Part shown: positions 48,633 to 58,040 of the stretch, in pieces
How positions within the stretch are numbered: position 1 is the first letter of the stretch
Layout of the letters: every line of letters begins with the position of its first letter
Source: Capnocytophaga leadbetteri
Lineage (GTDB): Bacteria > Bacteroidota > Bacteroidia > Flavobacteriales > Flavobacteriaceae
Length of the DNA: 64,000 bases
Direction: 5' to 3' (one strand)
Assembly: GCF_938018165.1 (NCBI RefSeq)
Contig: NZ_CALIIH010000010.1
Notes under the pieces: model-generated
What the model was told of the DNA's origin: nothing
What the model saw: the letters and a program-made list of their open reading frames with translations, nothing else
Databases searched by the model: none
Made by a program: the position numbers and the translations under genes

Positions 48633-49953
48633 TTAATATATTCTCTTTCGGGTATTTATAGTTGCCTTCAGCACGCGGACGCGAAAGGGCTAAAGCAATA
48701 GTAAGCGGACCTACCCTACCCAAAAACATCGTAAACATCAGTATAGCCTGCGAAGCTTTGTTTAAATAAGGCGTAATACCAGTAGAAAGTCCGCAAGTGC
48801 TAAAAGCTGAAATAAGCTCAAATGCCACTTTATTAAATTCAAAATGAGGCTCTATACTTGCCAATACTACTATCATTATCAGCACATACATCATCGCAAT
48901 AAATACTAAAGCAGAGGCTTTGTTAAAAAGTTTCCACGAAATACGCCGTTTAGAGAACTCTATGTAGTTCTTGTTAAGCAGTGCCGTCTTAATTCCCAAA
49001 AACAATATACCTATGGTGGTCGTCTTTACCCCCGAACCGGTAGAGTTTGGCGAGGCTCCTATAAACATAAAAGTTACACAGAAAAGAATAGTAGCACTAC
49101 CCAAGTGCTCTAACGGTATAGTGTCAAAACCTGCTGTACGCAAACTTACTGAGTGAAAAAAGCTGATGAGCAACTGGTTAAACAATCCTTTGCCGTAAAG
49201 AGTATAATAGTTTTTATATTCTAAGGTGAAAAACAGCAAAGTACCTGCTAATAGTAGCACTATCGTCATCAGTATTGAAAACTGCGAATTAATATCAAGC
49301 CGTCTGCGCTTATGCTGCAAATACTCGCCTGCCTGAATGATAGTGGTAAAGCCTAACCCCCCAAAAATAATCAGAAAAGCGATAATTACATTCACATATA
49401 CATTGTAAGTATAGCCCTCAAAACTATGAGGAAAAAGTGCTATACCGGCATTGCAAAAAGCGGATACCGAATGAAATACCGACATAAACAGCGCCTGAAA
49501 AAACGAATAGTCTTGTATAAACGAGCCAAATAATAGCACCGCTCCTATTGCCTCAAATAGCAGAGTAATAAAAACCACTCGCTTAGTTACTGTATAAATG
49601 TCGTACATCTTGTTATGGTTCAGCTCTTCTGCCACCAAACGTTTCGTGTAAAAACCTATACGTTTAGCGATAAGCAAAACGAATACTGACGAGATAGTCA
49701 GCACACCTAACCCTCCAAACTGTATGAGTATCAGCAGTATAAACTTCCCAAAACCTGTATAGACAGCTCCTATATCTACTATTGATAGTCCTGTAACTGT
49801 TACCGCCGAAGTAGCCGTAAAAAGAGCCTCAAAAAAAGAAACTTCTTTATCAGGATAATGCGAAAAAGGCAGGTTCAATAGGAGTGCCCCGATGATAATC
49901 AACCCTACAAATGAAAGCATTATCAGGCTATAAGGCGATATTTTCTTTAACAT
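48625..49953 (-). CDS. ktrB: TrkH/KtrB-family K+ transporter membrane subunit
   Basis: 442 aa with repeated M-P-M selectivity-filter-like segments (GLSxxD / TAGF / GASP). Confidence 0.8.
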   Translation of the reverse strand: MLKKISPYSLIMLSFVGLIIIGALLLNLPFSHYPDKEVSFFEALFTATSAVTVTGLSIVDIGAVYTGFGKFILLILIQFGGLGVLTISSVFVLLIAKRIGFYTKRLVAEELNHNKMYDIYTVTKRVVFITLLFEAIGAVLLFGSFIQDYSFFQALFMSVFHSVSAFCNAGIALFPHSFEGYTYNVYVNVIIAFLIIFGGLGFTTIIQAGEYLQHKRRRLDINSQFSILMTIVLLLAGTLLFFTLEYKNYYTLYGKGLFNQLLISFFHSVSLRTAGFDTIPLEHLGSATILFCVTFMFIGASPNSTGSGVKTTTIGILFLGIKTALLNKNYIEFSKRRISWKLFNKASALVFIAMMYVLIMIVVLASIEPHFEFNKVAFELISAFSTCGLSTGITPYLNKASQAILMFTMFLGRVGPLTIALALSRPRAEGNYKYPKENILIG

Positions 49954-49964
49954 CGTTTATTCTT

Positions 49965-51434
49965 TTATCTTGAATAATTAGGTGCTTCTTTAGTAATAGT
50001 GATATTATGAGGGTGACTCTCTGCAATACCACTGGCTGTAATACGCACAAATCTACTCACTGCTTGCAGTGTTTCTATATCTTTAGCTCCACAATAGCCC
50101 ATACCTGCACGCAAGCCTCCAATAAATTGGTGCATACTTTCTTGCAACTCTCCTTTATAGGCTACACGTCCTACAATACCTTCTGGCACTAATTTCTTAA
50201 TATCGTCTTCCACATCCTGAAAATAGCGGTCTTTACTACCTTGGTTCATAGCCTCTACAGAGCCCATTCCCCTATACGATTTGTACTTTCTACCTTCAAA
50301 AATGATGGTTTCACCTGGTGATTCTTTCGTGCCTGCCAACAGCGAACCGAGCATTACACTATGAGCGCCTGCAGCGATAGCTTTCACTATGTCACCTGTA
50401 TATCTGATACCTCCATCAGCTATCACGGGTATTCCTTTGCCTTTTAGGGCTTTAGCAACGTTCATCACTGCCGATAGTTGCGGATAACCTACCCCTGCCA
50501 CTACCCTAGTAGTACATATAGAACCTGGCCCTATACCTACTTTCACAGCATCAGCGCCGCTTTCAGCCAAATAGAGAGCAGCTTCAGCAGTAGCTATATT
50601 CCCTACTACTACATCTAAGTCTGCAAACTTACTCTTTACTGCTTTCAAAGCATTAACTACTCCTTTAGTATGTCCGTGTGCAGTATCGATTACTACAGCA
50701 TCTACGCCCGCTTGCACTAAGGCTTCTGCACGCTCTACTACATCTGCGGTTACCCCCAAAGCAGCTGCCACACGTAGCCTACCGATACTATCTTTGTTAG
50801 ACATCGATTTCTCTTGCAAGTTAGCAATATCACGGAAAGTGATAAGCCCAACCAATTTATAGTTCTTATCTACTACAGGTAGTTTTTCTATTTTGCTGCG
50901 TTGTAATATCTTTTCAGCCTCTTTCATAGAGGTACCTTCATTAGCTATCACTAAGTTTTTAGCAGTCATCACCTCTACTATAGGGCGAGTATTGTCCTGC
51001 TCAAAACGCAAATCGCGATTAGTTACAATACCTTTTAGAATACCATTATCATCTACTATAGGTATTCCCCCTATGTTATTCTCCTTCATACAGCGCTTAG
51101 CATCAGCTACTTTAGCATCTAAATGTAGGGTTACAGGGTCAATTATCATACCACTTTCAGCGCGCTTTACTTTTCTTATTTGCTTAGCTTGCTCTTCTAT
51201 GGTCATATTTTTGTGCAGTACCCCTATACCACCTTCGCGAGCCATAGCAATAGCCATTGCCGCTTCAGTAACAGTGTCCATAGCAGCCGAAATAATAGGC
51301 ACATTTAGCGTGATATTGCGCGTAAACTGAGAAGTGATGGCAACCTCACGTGGTAGCACTTCCGAATAATTAGGAATGAGAAGCACATCATCATATGTCA
51401 GCCCCTCACTGATTATTTTGTCTTGAAAATCCAT
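49965..51434 (-). CDS. guaB: IMP dehydrogenase
   Basis: It has the CBS pair, the catalytic loop '[11 protein letters not shown]', and 'GGIRYTGD'. Length is 489 aa. Confidence 0.95.
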   Translation of the reverse strand: MDFQDKIISEGLTYDDVLLIPNYSEVLPREVAITSQFTRNITLNVPIISAAMDTVTEAAMAIAMAREGGIGVLHKNMTIEEQAKQIRKVKRAESGMIIDPVTLHLDAKVADAKRCMKENNIGGIPIVDDNGILKGIVTNRDLRFEQDNTRPIVEVMTAKNLVIANEGTSMKEAEKILQRSKIEKLPVVDKNYKLVGLITFRDIANLQEKSMSNKDSIGRLRVAAALGVTADVVERAEALVQAGVDAVVIDTAHGHTKGVVNALKAVKSKFADLDVVVGNIATAEAALYLAESGADAVKVGIGPGSICTTRVVAGVGYPQLSAVMNVAKALKGKGIPVIADGGIRYTGDIVKAIAAGAHSVMLGSLLAGTKESPGETIIFEGRKYKSYRGMGSVEAMNQGSKDRYFQDVEDDIKKLVPEGIVGRVAYKGELQESMHQFIGGLRAGMGYCGAKDIETLQAVSRFVRITASGIAESHPHNITITKEAPNYSR

Positions 51435-51521
51435 TTTTTAGTAAAAAGAAAATTAGTTGCGTGCAAATATACATCTTTTTTATATACGCACCAAATTTTA
51501 AATATTGTTTAATTTCTTAAA

Positions 51522-51560
51522 ATCAAAAAAAGGCTACCTAAAAATAGTAGCCTCTTTTTA
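51522..51560 (-). terminator. Rho-independent terminator after the YebC-family gene (stem aggctac / gtagcct)
   Basis: Forward sequence aaaaaaaggctacctaaaaatagtagcctcttttt. Read on the minus strand it is a hairpin followed by a T-run. Confidence 0.7.
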
Positions 51561-51593
51561 TATGTTATTCATTTTCATTTGTTAATTAACAAA

Positions 51594-52313
51594 TTACTCC
51601 TCCGCTTCCTTCATAGTGTGATAGACATTCTGAACATCCTCGTCTTCTTCTATTTTTTCAAGCAACTTTTCTACATCAGCTTGTTCTTCGGGAGTGAGTT
51701 CTTTGGTAACCTGTGGAATGCGTTCAAAACCTGATGAAAGAATTTCTATATTCCTACTTTCAAGCTCTTTTTGTATAGCTCCAAAACTCTCAAAAGGAGC
51801 ATAAATAAGAATACCATCTTCGTCAGCAAATACTTCTTCTGCTCCAAAATCTATCATTTCAAGTTCTAATTCCTCAGGGTCTATACCTTCAGCATTAATA
51901 CGGAAGTTACACGTATGGTCAAACATAAATTCTACCGAACCTGAAGTTCCCAATGTACCATTGCATTTATTGAAGTAGCTGCGTATATTCGCCACGGTAC
52001 GGTTGTTATTATCAGTAGCTGTTTCTATCAGCACAGCTATACCGTGTGGTGCATAGCCTTCAAAAAGTACTTCTTTATAGTTAGCGGTATCTTTTTCACT
52101 TGCTTTTTTTATAGCGCGTTCTATATTTTCTTTCGGCATATTAGCTGCCTTAGCATTCTGTATTACGGCACGTAGTCGCGAGTTACTTTCAGGGTGTGGC
52201 CCTCCCTCTTTCACTGCCATTACGATGTCTTTCCCTATACGGGTAAATGTTTTTGCCATTGCAGCCCAACGTTTAAACTTACGGGCTTTTCTAAATTCAA
52301 ATGCTCTTCCCAT
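51594..52313 (-). CDS. YebC/PmpR-family DNA-binding regulatory protein
   Basis: The N-terminus 'GRAFEFRKARKFKRWAAMAKTFTR' is the family hallmark. Length is 239 aa. Confidence 0.9.
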   Translation of the reverse strand: MGRAFEFRKARKFKRWAAMAKTFTRIGKDIVMAVKEGGPHPESNSRLRAVIQNAKAANMPKENIERAIKKASEKDTANYKEVLFEGYAPHGIAVLIETATDNNNRTVANIRSYFNKCNGTLGTSGSVEFMFDHTCNFRINAEGIDPEELELEMIDFGAEEVFADEDGILIYAPFESFGAIQKELESRNIEILSSGFERIPQVTKELTPEEQADVEKLLEKIEEDEDVQNVYHTMKEAEE

Positions 52314-52361
52314 CTTTTTTAATGATTAATTGTTTAATTATTAATGATAATAATTTTTATA

Positions 52362-52412
52362 CTAATTTACTAATTGACAAATCAGCAAATCGACAAATTG
52401 CCTAATTGACTA
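52362..52412. repeat. Mini-repeat cluster 'ctaattgacaaatcagcaaatcgacaaattgcctaattgactaattg'
   Basis: TTGACAAAT-family units between the CapA-family and YebC genes. Confidence 0.7.
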
Positions 52413-53469
52413 ATTGTCTTATTTTTCCTTCTTCAAATTGCAATTGTGCTTCAGGAAAATCAAGCCCTGTAAGCCTTTTTATTTCCTGAAATACCCTACC
52501 TTCAGCGTCCAACTCTAAGCCAATTCCTTTAGTTTGCTTTGTAGAGATGACATCTGCATATATAAAATTGCCGTTCTTATCTATTTTTATCTGATAGAGG
52601 GGGGCTATTCCATTAACACCTTGTAGGTTAAACTGTCCATAAGTATTAAAGTTGCCCATACTATAGGTGATAAACTTACCTTTGTACACCTCCACAGCAC
52701 GTGTAACGTGAGGCCCGTGTCCCAATACTATATCTGCTCCTGCATCTATCACTGAGTGAGCGAACTTATGCACATCGCCCCTATTTTCACCGTAGAAGAA
52801 CTCATTAGTTCGGGGTACGCGGGTATGTTTAGACCCTTCAGCACCTCCGTGAAACGAAACAATAACTATATCTGCCTGTGCTCTGAGTTCCTTTACTAAG
52901 TCGGTCGCCTGAGCTATATTGTTTACTGACAACATATTACTATTAGGCGAAAAGGCACAGAAACCGTATTTCACTCCGTCTTTTTCAAATACTACTGACT
53001 TATTTTCTACAGGCCCTGCGTGGTAAATCCCTACATTGTCCAATACTTTAGCCGTATTGCGTCGCCCTTTTTCTCCAAAGTCATTAGCGTGATTATTAGC
53101 GGTACTCATAAGGTTAAAACCAGCCTCTTTTAGTATATCACCATAGCGGTCTGGCATCCTAAAAGCGTAACAAGTACCTGCTTCCGAGTTTTTACATTTC
53201 TCTGAATTGCCTTCATCTAAAATAGCTCCTTCCAAATTACCAAACACTATATCGCCTTTCAGATAAGGTTTCACGTGTTTAAAGCTATTTTTAGCATCAT
53301 CTGGTGGCAGATTACCTGCCGGAAAAGCTGAGCCTATCATCACATCACCTACTGCCACAATAGTAAGAGTATCTTTTGTTACTACTGAGGTCGTATCTAT
53401 TTGATTATCAGTCTTTGCATAAATAGTCCCTGCAAATATAGTTGCTAATAATAGGAGTATTTTTTTCAT
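52402..53469 (-). CDS. CapA-family metallophosphatase-like protein (PGA-synthesis CapA homolog)
   Basis: It has a signal peptide, then 'VGDVMIG', 'GNLEG', 'NNHANDFG' and 'GHGPH', which are CapA/calcineurin-like motifs. Confidence 0.7.
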   Translation of the reverse strand: MKKILLLLATIFAGTIYAKTDNQIDTTSVVTKDTLTIVAVGDVMIGSAFPAGNLPPDDAKNSFKHVKPYLKGDIVFGNLEGAILDEGNSEKCKNSEAGTCYAFRMPDRYGDILKEAGFNLMSTANNHANDFGEKGRRNTAKVLDNVGIYHAGPVENKSVVFEKDGVKYGFCAFSPNSNMLSVNNIAQATDLVKELRAQADIVIVSFHGGAEGSKHTRVPRTNEFFYGENRGDVHKFAHSVIDAGADIVLGHGPHVTRAVEVYKGKFITYSMGNFNTYGQFNLQGVNGIAPLYQIKIDKNGNFIYADVISTKQTKGIGLELDAEGRVFQEIKRLTGLDFPEAQLQFEEGKIRQLVN

Positions 53470-53477
53470 CGTCTTTC

Positions 53478-54128
53478 TTATTTTTCAGCAATTACTTGTA
53501 CGCCTCCTGTCACTTTATCACCTAACTGTACTTTTACTTTAGTACCTAAAGGCAAGTACACATCTACACGCGAACCAAATTTTATAAAGCCCGCATCTTC
53601 ACCTTGCACTGCTGTATCACCTACTTTAGCGTAGTTGACAATACGTTTTGCCAAAGCACCTGCTATTTGTCGGTATAGCACCTCACCAAACACAGGGTTA
53701 TCTACCACTATAGTAGTGCGTTCATTCTCTTCAGAAGCCTTAGGGTGCCACGCTACTAAATACTTACCAGGGTGATACTTACTGTAGGTTATCTTACCTC
53801 CTAAAGCATAACGCGTTACGTGTACGTTTAAAGGCGACATAAATATCGACACTTGCAAACGTTTATCTTTAAAGTATTCTTTTTCAAACACTTCTTCTAT
53901 TACCACCACCTTACCATCTACAGGAGCGATAATATGTGCGTCATTTTTAGGCGTAAGGCGTTTAGGGTTTCTAAAAAACTGTAGTATAGCTATCAAAAAG
54001 ACAAAAGCTACCAATTGCACCAATAGCTTAAGCCATTCTATATCAATACAATAATGAGCTATCAAGGCTATTATTACCGTAATAGCAAAGCTAACCAAGA
54101 TAATCTTAAATCCTTCTTTGTGAAACAT
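53478..54128 (-). CDS. psd: Phosphatidylserine decarboxylase family proenzyme (short, membrane-anchored type)
   Basis: It has an N-terminal TM pair, a C-terminal 'FGSRVDVYLP' region containing the GS cleavage/pyruvoyl site, and a length of 216 aa. Confidence 0.75.
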   Translation of the reverse strand: MFHKEGFKIILVSFAITVIIALIAHYCIDIEWLKLLVQLVAFVFLIAILQFFRNPKRLTPKNDAHIIAPVDGKVVVIEEVFEKEYFKDKRLQVSIFMSPLNVHVTRYALGGKITYSKYHPGKYLVAWHPKASEENERTTIVVDNPVFGEVLYRQIAGALAKRIVNYAKVGDTAVQGEDAGFIKFGSRVDVYLPLGTKVKVQLGDKVTGGVQVIAEK

Positions 54129-54221
54129 AATATTCTAATATTTGCGGCAAAGATAAAACACTTTTTATTTATACCCAAAAATATGATTAATATTTTATTA
54201 GTACATCTGCATTTTTCAGCA

Positions 54222-54262
54222 TAAAAAAAGCAGTGCAACGAGGCACTGCTTTTTCCTTTTTT
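54222..54262 (-). terminator. Rho-independent terminator after the OmpA-family gene (stem agcagtgc / gcactgct)
   Basis: aaaaaaagcagtgcaacgaggcactgctttttcctttttt. Confidence 0.75.
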
Positions 54263-54277
54263 TAATATTTTGTTTTA

Positions 54278-55381
54278 TTAATAACTTCTGATAACCACTC
54301 GTAGCTCTACACGTCGTGCTTGTGCAGGGGTAGCTTGTGGGTCTATTCCTTTAAAAGCAGTCAGTATACGCTCGTTGCCTATCCCTTTAGCGTTTAGTAT
54401 CTGGGCAACAGCTACAGCACGCTCCATAGAGAGCACATTGTTATAGGCTGTGCTTCCTACGGCACTCGCATACCCTTCTAAGAGTATGGATAGTTCGGGG
54501 TGCGCTTGTAGCATCGTTACCATCTCATCTACTATTGTAGGGTCATAAGCTAAAGGTACCGTTTTATTATTAGCGAAATAGAGTAATGCTTTCTTATGCC
54601 CATAGGCAGCCAATAGCTGTTCTAACTCGCTGCGTTTTTCTGCCGAAATCTGTATAGGTACCCCTGTGGCTGTCACACTTTGCACTACTATAGGGGCATA
54701 GCCTGCTGTTGCCGTGGTGGCTGTAGTAGTAGCCGTAGTCACCGGTGCGTTTTGAGCTACAGCAGTAGGAGCTACAGTAGCTGTAGGGGCTGCCTTACTT
54801 TTAGCGGCTACCACTCCTGTATTGGCTGCTAAAGTAGCTAAGAGCAATTGCTGCTGTTTGCGCAACTGTTCTACCGTACCCGACAACTGAGCTAACTGCT
54901 GAGCTATAGCAGCAGTAGTCTGTGTTTGAACCACAGCTGCAGGCACTACAGAACGCTGAGCAATAGCTGTATTAGTAGCGGTACGGACAACCATTGTAGG
55001 GGTTGCTGTACGAGCTATGGCAGTATTACTAGCTGTACGAGCGATAGCAGTATTACTCGCTGTGCGGCTGATAATAGTACTACTAGCGGTACGAACTACT
55101 ACCGTAGGACTTACTGCTGCTGCCTTTACTAACCGATACTCATTTATAACTACCGAAGTAGGTGATATTTGTTCTGTCTTATAATTTACAGCCGATAGCA
55201 TACTGTCTAACTGCTTATCTCTAAGGGTAGTCAGCTCTGCCTTCCCTATTTGTTCTAAAAGATATCGCAATTCATCTACCGTCATTACTATCTCTGTCTT
55301 TTTTGGGGTAGGTGCTATCTGTGCATTTATGGTTTGCACACATAGCAATAGCCCCCCTATAATCTGATAGATATACTTCAT
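54278..55381 (-). CDS. OmpA-family protein with a central low-complexity 9-aa tandem repeat region and a C-terminal OmpA peptidoglycan-binding domain
   Basis: The C-terminal 'LEGYASAVGSTAYNNVLSMERAVAV...RRVEL' is OmpA-like. The central 'VVRTASSTIISRTASNTAIARTASNTAIARTATPTMVVRTATNTAIA' is repetitive. Confidence 0.75.
   Translation of the reverse strand: MKYIYQIIGGLLLCVQTINAQIAPTPKKTEIVMTVDELRYLLEQIGKAELTTLRDKQLDSMLSAVNYKTEQISPTSVVINEYRLVKAAAVSPTVVVRTASSTIISRTASNTAIARTASNTAIARTATPTMVVRTATNTAIAQRSVVPAAVVQTQTTAAIAQQLAQLSGTVEQLRKQQQLLLATLAANTGVVAAKSKAAPTATVAPTAVAQNAPVTTATTTATTATAGYAPIVVQSVTATGVPIQISAEKRSELEQLLAAYGHKKALLYFANNKTVPLAYDPTIVDEMVTMLQAHPELSILLEGYASAVGSTAYNNVLSMERAVAVAQILNAKGIGNERILTAFKGIDPQATPAQARRVELRVVIRSY
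54950..55105. repeat. Intragenic about 27-bp tandem repeats (about 5 units) encoding (R-T-A-S/T-N-T-A-I-A)n
   Basis: gctgtacgagctatggcagtattactagc / gctgtacgagcgatagcagtattactcgc and related units, read directly. Confidence 0.7.
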
Positions 55382-55383
55382 AA

Positions 55384-57141
55384 TTATTTTGCTGCTGGCG
55401 CACCAACTTTTGCTTTTTGTATTTCGTCTGTCGTTTTTTGCAATTCATCTTTTGCTTTTTGCACTTCGTCAGTCGTCTTTTGCAATTCGTCTTTTGCCTT
55501 TTGCACTTCTTCTCTCGCTGCTTGGGTTTCCAAAAGCAATTTTTCTAAACGGTCTATACGCTGTTCTGGCGTTTTACCTTCGCCTTCTCTGATGTTTTTC
55601 ACTACACTATCAATAAGTTGTTGTAACTCTTCAGGCGTCATACGTACTAAGCGCACTTGTTCGGCTACTGGGTAAGGCAAATGTTCTGCTACATATGTAT
55701 TTCTTAGCTCTTCCCATTGTTGTTTTTCTTTTAGCAGACGGTTTGCATTAGCGGTATCGCCGTTTTGGTAAGCCAACTGTATTTGCTTTTCTACAGCAGT
55801 TATTTGGCTATTGTAGTAAGCTAAGTTTCGTTTTTCAGGCGAAACAGTAGAAGCCGCATTTGTTGTGGTAGCAGAGGTGGTAGTTACCGAAACCGGAACA
55901 GTAGCGGCTTCAGCAGCACCCAACTGTTGCTCGTATAACTCTCTTTCTACTGACTTAGCCAATTTAATGCGTAGCCCTGCATTGTAAAATACATTGCTTT
56001 TTAGTTTGTTCACAGAGCTCAATGCGGTAGTTACATCTTCATTATGAGTAGTGTAAAGCAAGTTAGCAACGCCAAAAAGCTCTACGCGTTTGCCTAAAGG
56101 TATAGCCAAACCTACCCCTCCTTTAGCAAAAATACCCGACTTATTGGCTACACTTGCTACTTTGCCTACATAATTATCACCTACCTTCATATAGCCGGCA
56201 CCTATCTGTACGTAAGGCACTACGCCACTAGCTACATTTAGGCGTGCTAAGAAATCACCTCCGTATATTGATAGGTTATCAAAATTAGCAGAGAGCTTCT
56301 CATCAGTCATAGCACGGTGGTAATACCCTCTAATACCTATGTATTCAGTAAAGTCTACCCCTAATGCCAAACCTCCAAAGTAAGCATCGCGTAGGTTACT
56401 ATCGTTATTGAAGTTTAAGTAACCCAAAGTAGGCTCTATTACCACCTTGAAGCTCTTCAAGTTAGTATACGCTTGGTCTAAGGCTGTCAGCTGATTAGGG
56501 TTGCGACCACCTAAGTAAAGCTGTAGCCCTGCACCTACACTCCACGCTAAATGATTTTCCTCTTCTACGTTATTATCTATCCAAGTGTTATAAGCAGAAG
56601 TATTAGCTTCTGTAGGTTTATAAAGCACGTTGCTAGGGTCAAAGCTAAAACGAGTTGCTTTAGCTTGTACGTTCAGCGTAAGGCGACGGGCAAGGTTAAA
56701 CTTAGCCCCTAATCCTAATCCAAAATACACTTGGTCTTGGCTTAAGTCATTAGCTTTGATAGTCTGCACTCCTGACCCTAAAGTAACATAAGGCTGAAAA
56801 GAGTACGCTAAGGGTATATTCCCTTTCAGTTCGCCTCCCCATCTGTGTACTGCCACATCTTTAGCTTCAAAAGCATTGTTAATAGCAGTAGGAGCGTCAT
56901 AACCTGCAAGGGTCGATTTCATTCCCATTGCTTGTCTATACGAACCCAATAATTCTATATTTCTACCGAAGCCGAAGCCTACATAGCCACCTGCCATAAA
57001 GCCATTAGTGATAGCGGTTTTCTTCTGCCACCATACATAGTCAGCAGTAGGGGCTACTGCAAAGCTAATGTCCTTCACTTGCGCTCCCACCGATGTTGAT
57101 AAAAGAGCAAGAATACCTAAATTAAAAAAAGTTTTTCTCAT
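55384..57141 (-). CDS. Outer-membrane beta-barrel-like protein with a C-terminal coiled-coil tail containing 14-aa tandem repeats
   Basis: It has a signal peptide and a G/Y/F-rich barrel-like body. The C-terminus is 'QKAKDELQKTTDEVQKAKDELQKTTDEIQKAK'. Its stop is 2 nt from the start of the OmpA-family gene, so the two are an operon. Confidence 0.45.
   Translation of the reverse strand: MRKTFFNLGILALLSTSVGAQVKDISFAVAPTADYVWWQKKTAITNGFMAGGYVGFGFGRNIELLGSYRQAMGMKSTLAGYDAPTAINNAFEAKDVAVHRWGGELKGNIPLAYSFQPYVTLGSGVQTIKANDLSQDQVYFGLGLGAKFNLARRLTLNVQAKATRFSFDPSNVLYKPTEANTSAYNTWIDNNVEEENHLAWSVGAGLQLYLGGRNPNQLTALDQAYTNLKSFKVVIEPTLGYLNFNNDSNLRDAYFGGLALGVDFTEYIGIRGYYHRAMTDEKLSANFDNLSIYGGDFLARLNVASGVVPYVQIGAGYMKVGDNYVGKVASVANKSGIFAKGGVGLAIPLGKRVELFGVANLLYTTHNEDVTTALSSVNKLKSNVFYNAGLRIKLAKSVERELYEQQLGAAEAATVPVSVTTTSATTTNAASTVSPEKRNLAYYNSQITAVEKQIQLAYQNGDTANANRLLKEKQQWEELRNTYVAEHLPYPVAEQVRLVRMTPEELQQLIDSVVKNIREGEGKTPEQRIDRLEKLLLETQAAREEVQKAKDELQKTTDEVQKAKDELQKTTDEIQKAKVGAPAAK
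55405..55510. repeat. Intragenic 42-bp tandem repeat (about 2.5 units) encoding KAKDELQKTTDEVQ
   Basis: tttgctttttgtatttcgtctgtcgttttttgcaattcatct / tttgctttttgcacttcgtcagtcgtcttttgcaattcgtct ... Confidence 0.7.
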
Positions 57142-57271
57142 CGTTTTTAAATTATTTTTATTATAGTAAGTTTTTTTAGTTATTGCTAATCTATTCCCTA
57201 ATACATAAATTAGAGCTAATTCAGAAAAAGACTGTTATACACTGCCTTTTTATTTTATTTTGACAAGCTTA

Positions 57272-57688
57272 TCATTCTTCAATTTCTTGAGAATAAGATT
57301 CTCTTTGCTTATTCTTTCCTCTATTATAGCCATAAAAATAACCTCCAATAGCAGTAGGGAGGGCAACAATAAGCATTTTGAATATTTCTTTGAGAAGTTC
57401 ATCTTTCCCTATCCAAAGACAATAGCCTCCAAAAAGTAATAAAATAATTAGTATTCCAAATACTACTATTATATTTTTAGAAATAGCTTTCTGAGCATAT
57501 TTTCGTTGGTCTGCTAAGTCTTCTTTCTGAGCTTGTAATAATTGTAAGGCATATTGATGTGAAAGACTTAGTTGTTGCTTTTTTAACTCTATATCCTCTT
57601 TACGCAGCTCACTTTCCATACGTTGATTTTCGACAAACTGCCTGATAAGTTCATTATCAATAGGAGGTGTATTATTAGATATTTCCAT
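57272..57688 (-). CDS. Hypothetical small membrane protein (N-terminal coiled coil + 2 TM helices)
   Basis: 138 aa. It overlaps the upstream 63-aa ORF by 14 nt. No family was recognised. Confidence 0.35.
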   Translation of the reverse strand: MEISNNTPPIDNELIRQFVENQRMESELRKEDIELKKQQLSLSHQYALQLLQAQKEDLADQRKYAQKAISKNIIVVFGILIILLLFGGYCLWIGKDELLKEIFKMLIVALPTAIGGYFYGYNRGKNKQRESYSQEIEE

Positions 57689-57866
57689 ATATATTTTTAG
57701 TTTCTACTTCTATACCTCCAAATCCTTTTTCTCCCAATTTAGGAAGAATGATACGCACTTGCTCAATATCATTAGTATTTTCTCTTAAGAATTTCAAATA
57801 CTTCTTAGGATTATAAAACACTCTTTTATTTGTAAGAGTAGGATAAGTAGGGGTTATTGCTTTCAT
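57675..57866 (-). CDS. Hypothetical 63-aa protein
   Basis: It is preceded by a -7 box (reverse complement of 57894-57901, TACTTTTG) 28 nt upstream. No family was recognised. Confidence 0.3.
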   Translation of the reverse strand: MKAITPTYPTLTNKRVFYNPKKYLKFLRENTNDIEQVRIILPKLGEKGFGGIEVETKNIYGNI

Positions 57867-57955
57867 TATACTCTATATATTAATTTCTTACCGCAAAAGT
57901 ACGAATATTTTTCACTTCTACAACTATAGCCACTAAAATTTTATTTTTATAACCC

Positions 57956-57991
57956 AAAAAAAAGCAGCACATCTCTGTACTGCTTTTTTAT
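57956..57991 (-). terminator. Terminator hairpin after nagB (agcagcaca / tgtactgct, flanked by A8 and T6)
   Basis: aaaaaaaagcagcacatctctgtactgctttttt, with one mismatch in the stem. Confidence 0.65.
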
Positions 57992-57997
57992 CTGAAC

Positions 57998-58040
57998 TAT
58001 AATCGTCAAATTGACAAATCGTCAAATTGGCAAATTAGAA
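57998..58040. repeat. Mini-repeat cluster 'cgtcaaattgacaaatcgtcaaattggcaaattag'
   Basis: TTGACAAAT-family units immediately 3' of nagB. Confidence 0.7.
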
